Below are positions 54,901 through 60,900 of a stretch of DNA of 64,000 nt, piece after piece; within the stretch, counting starts at the first letter, position 1; each line of letters starts with the position of its first letter. The notes beneath the pieces were generated by a model, which worked only from the letters and a program-made list of their open reading frames with translations, was not told the origin of the DNA and made no database searches. The translations under genes were made by a program, and so were the position numbers. This DNA is from Leucoraja ocellata (taxonomy: Eukaryota): NCBI GenBank assembly GCA_036785375.1, contig JAWMAR010002012.1, positions 62,001 through 126,000 of the forward strand, in the 5' to 3' direction.

Positions 54901-57900
54901 GCGCTGAGGGCTAATGGCGGAGCTGGCGGCCTCCAACCTGCGACCGACCTCGAGGCTCCGGAGGCAGAGCCGGCCAGGACTTACCAACGCGAGGCTGGCC
55001 GTCTTCGGGGCCGAGGCAGCGGTGGCCCGACTCGCTGATGCGGCGTTCCAGCTTTCATATAACATATAACATATAACATATACAATTACAGCACGGAAAC
55101 AGGCCATCTCGGCCCTACAAGTCCGTGCCGAACAAATTTTTTTCCCCTTAGTCCCACCTGCCTACACTCATACCATAACCCTCCATTCCCTTCTCATCCA
55201 TATGCCTATCCAATTTATTTTTAAATGATACCAATGAACCTGCCTCCACCACTTCCACTGGAAGCTCATTCCACACCGCTACCACTCTCTGAGTAAAGAA
55301 GTTCCCCCTCATATTACCCCTAAACTTCTGTCCCTTAATTCTGAAGTCATGTCCTCTTGTTTGAATCTTTCCTATTCTCAAAGGGAAAAGCTTGTCCACA
55401 TCAACTCTGTCTATCCCTCTCATCATTTTAAAGACCTCTATCAGGTCACCCCTTAACCTTCTGCGGTCCAGAGAATAAAGACCTAACTTATTCAACCTAT
55501 CTCTGTAACTTAGTTGTTGAAACCAGGCAACATTCTAGCAAATCTCCTCTGTACTCTCTCTATTTTGTTGACATCCTTCCTATAATTGGGGACCAAAATT
55601 GTACACCATACCCCAGATTTGGTCTCACCAATGCCTTGTACAATTTTAACATTACATCTCAGCTTCTATACTCAATGCTCTGATTTATAAAGGCTAGCAT
55701 ACCAAAAACTTTCTTTACCACCCTATCTATATGAGATTCCACCTTCAAGGAACTTTGCACGGTTATACCCAGATCCCTCTGTTCAACTGTATTCTTCAAT
55801 TCCCTACCATTTACCATGTACGTCCTATTTTGATTTGGCCTGCCAAGGTGTAGCACCTCACATTTATCAGCATTAAACTCCATCTGCCAACTTTCAGCCC
55901 ATTTTTCCAAATGGCATAAATCACTCTGTAGACTTTGGAAATCCTCTTCATTATCCACAACACCCCCGCTATCTTGGTATCATCTGCATACTTACTAATC
56001 CAATTTACCACACCTTCATCCAGATCATTGATGTACATGACAAACAACAAAGGACCCAACACAGATCCCTGGCATCCCACTAGTCACCTGCCTCCAACCC
56101 GATAAACAGCCATCCACCATTACCCTCTGGCTTCTCCCATTCAGCCACAGTTGAACCTTCTTAACCAACCATCCATGAGGAACCTTGTCAAAGGCCTTAC
56201 TAAAGTCCATATAGACAACATCCACTGCTTTACCCTCGTCAATTTCCCTAGTAACCTCTTCAAAAAATTTAAGAAGATTAGTCAAACATGACCTTCCAGG
56301 CACAAATCCATGTTGACTGTTCCTAATCAGACCCTGTTTATCTAGATGCTTATATATATTATCTCTAAGTATCTTTTCCATTAATTTTCCCACCACTGAA
56401 GTCAAACTAACAGGTCTATAATTGCTAGGTTTGAGAATTGCTAGGTTTACTCTTCGGCAGCGGCCCGGACCTGAGGCTGCGGGACTCGGACCTGAGGCTG
56501 CGGAACTCGGACCTGAGGCTGCGGGACTCAGAGCTGTTGCAGCGGGACTCGGAGCTGATGCAGCGGGACTCGGAGCTGAGGCTGTGGCGGGCCGACGCGG
56601 AGCGGAGTGGAGACGGCGTTCCGGCTTTCGGCAGCGGCGACATCACCACGGAGGTCCGCTGGACTGGAGAGCGGCATCTTCGGCCTGGATCGATCGCCTC
56701 AGCGCAGAGGGAGAACAAGGAGGGAAGAGACAGAGACTAAGATTTTTGCCTCCATCACAGTGAGGAGGTGCCTGGTGAACTCACTGTGGTGGATGTTAAT
56801 TTGTGTTTATTGTATGTTTTGTTATTTATTGTTACTGTGTATTGACTGCAGGCAACATAATTTCGTTCAGACCGAAAGGTCTGAATGACAATAAAGGAAT
56901 CAACTTCAAATTCAAATCAAATACAAAAACGTTTAAACACAGAACCATATTTCCAACCCAGCAATTTGTGAAGTAGTGTTTCGGTAAGTCTGTCATCCTA
57001 TTCCTCTTTTTGGTAGTGTGCCGGAACAAAGAGCATGTCCGGTGCATCTGGGAGATATCAGACACATATCTCTACAGTCTCTTTGGTGAAGGAAATGTAT
57101 CTTCGAGGGAACGTAAACGTGCAGGCTACTTCGTCTTGGACATGTCAAACTTGTCGGGGCTGCACTCTTTGAAGCAAGTGCAGTGTATTGCTGTAATGTT
57201 CTGCTTTTGTCTTGCAGCTTTGTTCCTAAATCTTTGGTAATTACGTCGAATACCCATTGCAGCCACGTCATTGAAGTGGGTAACCCAGTTGCGTGTGTGC
57301 TAATTGTTGATTGCAAAGGACCCGTTTCACACCAAGATGTTCTCTACATGCGGATGGATGCTAGCTAGTATTAATACATTTTCTGCGGACCAGCGAACAG
57401 GAATACATGTTCCTGAATTCTCACCTACCAATCCTGCACCTGAAATTCGGATGGAAGGAAACCTGCTGTTTAAAAAATAGCTGCAAAAGTTAGGCCTCAG
57501 GCATTGAACTTGGAATTATAATACACTTCATCTTGTATAGAAAAAATAATCTGGGACAATTTGAAATAGTGATGATTGAATACAGGTCCCTAGTGTCAGT
57601 TTCCATCGCCGGCAGATGGGAATGATTCATATTTTCGTAGTACCGCCTATGAAATATTTACTTTCACTGGAAAACTAGCGGGATGAAAAAATGGGGAAAT
57701 GAATTAGTTGTCACCGGTCTAAACTGTACGGGAGGGACACGAAGTAGGTGCCTCCTAAACAAAATGCAATGGAAATAAAGTGCCATTAGTGAAGATACTT
57801 TTGCAATGTGGTCGATAATTTTTTATTTTAATTTCTGAAATATTACCTTTAATTTTCTGAATGGATAGTGCATCTGCCCAGGCAAAATTTGTTGAAATAA

Positions 57901-60900
57901 CATACATTCGTGAGATTTACAATGATGTTGATACATTTCCATATTTTGTCGTTCATTCATTCCCCGTTGAACTAATATTTTTTAATTTCCATTTTTCAGC
58001 AAACCATAATCAGTTTTAGGCTGGATTGCACTTAATGTAATCGGCCACTTAGACATTGCGATGGTGGTATTCTTGCAGGGGCATCTTTTCTGTCGTATCT
58101 ACACGTTGACAGGTCGGCTGCAGTGCAAATCCGTTCAGCTGGGCAAGTAAGCTGAAGAATAGCCCGTGGAATTTATTGAGAGCTAGTTAACTGGGGTCAG
58201 AAATAGCTTCATGGAAGGGAGCAGAGTGTCGTGATAGAAGTTTGTTTTCGAAGCTGAAGACCTGTGGCTAGAGGTGTGCTTCAGGAATCGATGCCAGGCC
58301 AATTCCTGTCTGTGATTTATATCAACGATTTTGCTAAGAATATACAAGGCACGATTAGCATGTTTGGCGTTGACATTAAATAAGTGGTGATATCGTAGAC
58401 AGTGAGGATAGTATTTAAAAAATAAACCAGGACTTCGTTCAGCTGGGCATGTGAGCTGAAAAATAGCCAGTGGAGTTTAATGCAGAAAACTGCCAGCTGT
58501 TGCATTTTTTGGAAGTCAATCCAGTGCAGAAAAGACACAATAAATATCCGAGGTTTGGAGAGTGCTTTAGAGCAGAATGATATAGATGCGCATGCACATC
58601 GCTTCATGAAAGAGTTCGGTACGCTATGTTACAGCAGTGTATGACGTTTGCGAGTCCATCGTTGGAGTATAGTGTTCAGCGTTTGTCACCCTGCTGTAGG
58701 AAGGATATGATTAAGCTGTAAATATCTCAGGGATGAATTTCGAGTAGCTACCGGGACTCGAAGGCCTGAGATATCGGGTGAGATCCGGCAAGCTAAAAAA
58801 GCATTCCATGGAATGCAGGCGTCCAACGGGTGATATAAACTTATCAGGGGGATTGATAAGATGAATGCACAGGTTATTTTACAAGGGCAAGAGGAAACAA
58901 TAAAGAGATGCCATAGGTTTAAGGAGGGGAACGATGTAACCGGAGCCTGAACGACAATGTTTCACTAATGGTTGGTAGTACATGGAAAGAGCTTTCAGCG
59001 TAGTTAGATAAGACAGGTAATATATACATTTAAACGGCACTGGCGCAGGTACATATGTAGGGAAGGTTTAGAGGACATTAACGCGGGAAAATGGTCGCCA
59101 TGGACGAGTTAGGAGTAAGGCCTGTCGCCATGCTGTAGTTTATTATTCTTTGACAGTAAAATAATAAGCAACACAATCAAAGCCCTTACCACTCATCAAA
59201 TTTACAATCGTGGTCAGCAAATGCATGAATATGAATTATGCTGCGCTATATATGCCAATAATGTCCTGCCATTAGGAAACCGTGTTCCTTGTGTATGGAC
59301 AACAGAGAACCAGCAGAATCACAGATGAACCCGTGTTTGACCTCAATATGGTCTGTTATGCATGCTGTACGAGTCAATAAGCTAGTCAAAGACGATGCAC
59401 TAGAAAAAAAGTTGTGAAAAAGTCGAGTCATTTCCTGCACAGCTCACCAAATGACCCATCTACTCTTTGATAGACAATTCTCCAAAATATTCTGTCCCAT
59501 CCCCATCGCTCAACAATGCTAATGGATAGGATTTATGCACACCTAGGAAAGAGTAGATTTATTAGGGATGGTCATCATTTGTGCAGATTAAGTCATTACT
59601 TTAAAAAGGCGCAGCACAATGACGCAGCTACTGGAACTTCTGCTTGACGCGCCAGAGACCCCGGTTAGATCTAGACGTCGCGAGCTCTTTGTGTGGCCTA
59701 CGCACGTTCTTCCTCTGACGTCGTCTGTGTCACCTGGGTGGCCCAGTTTCCTTCAATATCTCAAAAAATTGAGGACATCGGTTAATTTACTACTGTGCAG
59801 GGTGCAGGGAGTGGCTACCGAGCGTATCCCACGCAGTAGACTCAGTGGGCCGAATGGCCTGTTCCATGCAGAATCTTTGAATCAATTCAACCAACCAAAC
59901 AATCTCACCTCTTTCGTCCAATGTAGCCTTCAATATGCTAAATTCTGAGGCGAAATCGACAGTAAACAGAAGCATGATTTTCAAAGTTAATTGGGCGGAA
60001 TTAGGTACATACATTGTAATTCTTCAGAACTATTTAACGACATACTTGGCAGTTGCTGTTATTTAAAGTAGGTGTAAAAGGATACTGCGGAGGAAATGCT
60101 GACCTGATCTTTCCAGCGATTCGAATGACTCTCACTATATGTACGGCCATAGTTCAAAGCATTTCGTTGTGGTTCAAATGCATCGGAACACCATCTCATT
60201 GGATTGGTGAAAGGTAGACGCTGATTACCTCACGTATTTTTGAGGATTTAGCTTTTGGATAAGACGGGAGACGGACGGCGACTGTGGTGAATTTGGACTT
60301 TCAGAAATTTTGTGATCATTTCCTGAATATGAATTTAGTCACATACGACTCGGGGTATTAAAATAATCTTATTCAGTCCAACCTCCCCTGTTGATGAAAC
60401 CCTCTAATGCAGGAAGCATTCTGATAAACTCCATGTGCACCTTGTCCTAAGCCTCTATATCTTCCCTTTAATTTCATTTACAAAGGGATGCACAGAGACC
60501 CAGTTATCTGAGATTTTGATTGGATGATGGTGTTAAAGTGCAAGTGAAATGAATTTGCCAGCAGTGGTACAATGAAAAAAGAACACCCAAAAACACAATA
60601 TAAATTTAACACAAACATCCACCACAGCATTCATCGCTGTGGTGGAAGACACAAAAAATGGCCAGTCCTCCTCCATTTTCCCCCGTGGTCGGGACCTCAA
60701 CCCTCCACAGTCGCCGCTGCAGACGTCCAGGTGAGTAGACAATGTAAAGTCCCGGTGAGTCCAGAATCGGTGCATCCCCACCGTAGACCGCGGCTTCAGG
60801 TTGGTGTATGCGGCAGGCCGGCGGTCGAAGATCTAAAGATCCTGCCGCGCTGCAGCCGGAAACACCGCAGACCCCAGAGCCGGCGGTCGGAGCTCCCCTC

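Noticed and set aside
60104-60130. Candidate 27-nt exon ESFESLERS with donor gtcagc
   Set aside because: Acceptor is GAG without a pyrimidine tract, and it would break the 27-36 alternation; not supportable without transcripts.
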